Part shown: in pieces, positions 63,471 to 64,000 of the stretch
Numbering within the stretch: the stretch's first letter is position 1
Layout of the letters: each line of letters opens with the position of its first letter
Source: Chiloscyllium plagiosum
Lineage: Eukaryota
DNA length: 64,000 bases
Assembly (NCBI RefSeq): GCF_004010195.1
Contig: NC_057756.1
Location: 8,158,676 to 8,222,675, forward strand
Direction: 5' to 3'
Position numbers and translations under genes: made by a program
The notes under the pieces: generated by a model
What the model was told of the DNA's origin: nothing
The model's input: the letters and a program-made list of their open reading frames with translations, nothing else
The model's database searches: none

Positions 63471-63612
63471 TGCATCACACTTTAGGACTTCCTGAGAGGC
63501 TAAAGCAATGCATGCATCCTTGATACTTTCTGCTGTGTCAGCAGCCTCTCCCTGCTCTACTTCCCAGCTCCCCTATCATGGCCAAGGAGGTCAAGGCTGG
63601 ATGTTCCAGGAT

Positions 63613-64000
63613 TGAGTCAAAACGTGTGGCGCTCGAAAAGAATAGCAGGTCAGGCACCATCTGAGGAGCAGGATAATCAACATTTCAGGCATCAGCCCTT
63701 CATCAGGAATGTGGGGGGAAATGGGGAGAAGGGTGCTGAGAGATAAATAGGAGGGTGGCGCTGTGGGGTGGTAGCTGTGAAGGCAATATGTAGATGCCAA
63801 CCTATCACTGTCACCTCCCACCTGCATCTTCCCAACTACCTTCCCCCCAGCCCCACTCCCACCCTCCCATTTATCTCTCAGCCCTCTCCCCCCTATTCCT
63901 GATGAAGGGTTTATATCCGAAATAGTGATTCTCCTGCTCCTTGGATGCTGCCTGTCCTGCTGTGCTTTTCCAGCGCCACATTTTCGACTCTGATCTCCAG
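63613..64000. mobile_element. Inverted pair of Penelope family-1 terminal repeats, each with a hammerhead-like core
   Basis: 63613-63797 and about 63825-64000 are diverged reverse complements; cores at 63675-63710 (minus) and 63895-63930 (plus, degraded). Confidence 0.8.

Noticed and set aside
55039..63523. Giant ORFs of 2818, 2658 and 2632 aa
   Set aside because: By-products of a 99-bp unit with no stop in three frames; they overlap on both strands and have no domain or gene context.

Overview
Repeat-rich vertebrate DNA, most likely from a shark or other elasmobranch (HE1-type V-SINE, abundant CR1, Tx1 and Penelope elements), with five N gaps. Host genes: (1) a minus-strand leader exon plus cysteine-free IgV exon of CEACAM type (11165-10524); (2) a two-exon GPR139/GPR142-like class A GPCR pseudogene cut off by a near full-length CR1 (22694-25780); (3) a plus-strand Siglec/MAG-like gene with leader, V-set and four C2-type exons, all phase 1 and open (37752-52345; no TM or tail exon seen). 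Its V-set domain has Tyr at the position of the sialic-acid-binding Arg, and domains 3 and 4 are a duplicated exon pair with a conversion-like identity pattern. About ten minimal hammerhead-ribozyme motifs from three Penelope-like families are scattered through the window, several in ~90-bp inserts with target-site duplications. A Mutator-like TIR element with a FLYWCH-like stub sits in a Siglec intron. A dispersed 33-bp minisatellite expands into a 78 x 99-bp higher-order array (55535-63256), which produces the spurious giant ORFs. All calls come from reading the sequence and from remembered family motifs; no database search was run.
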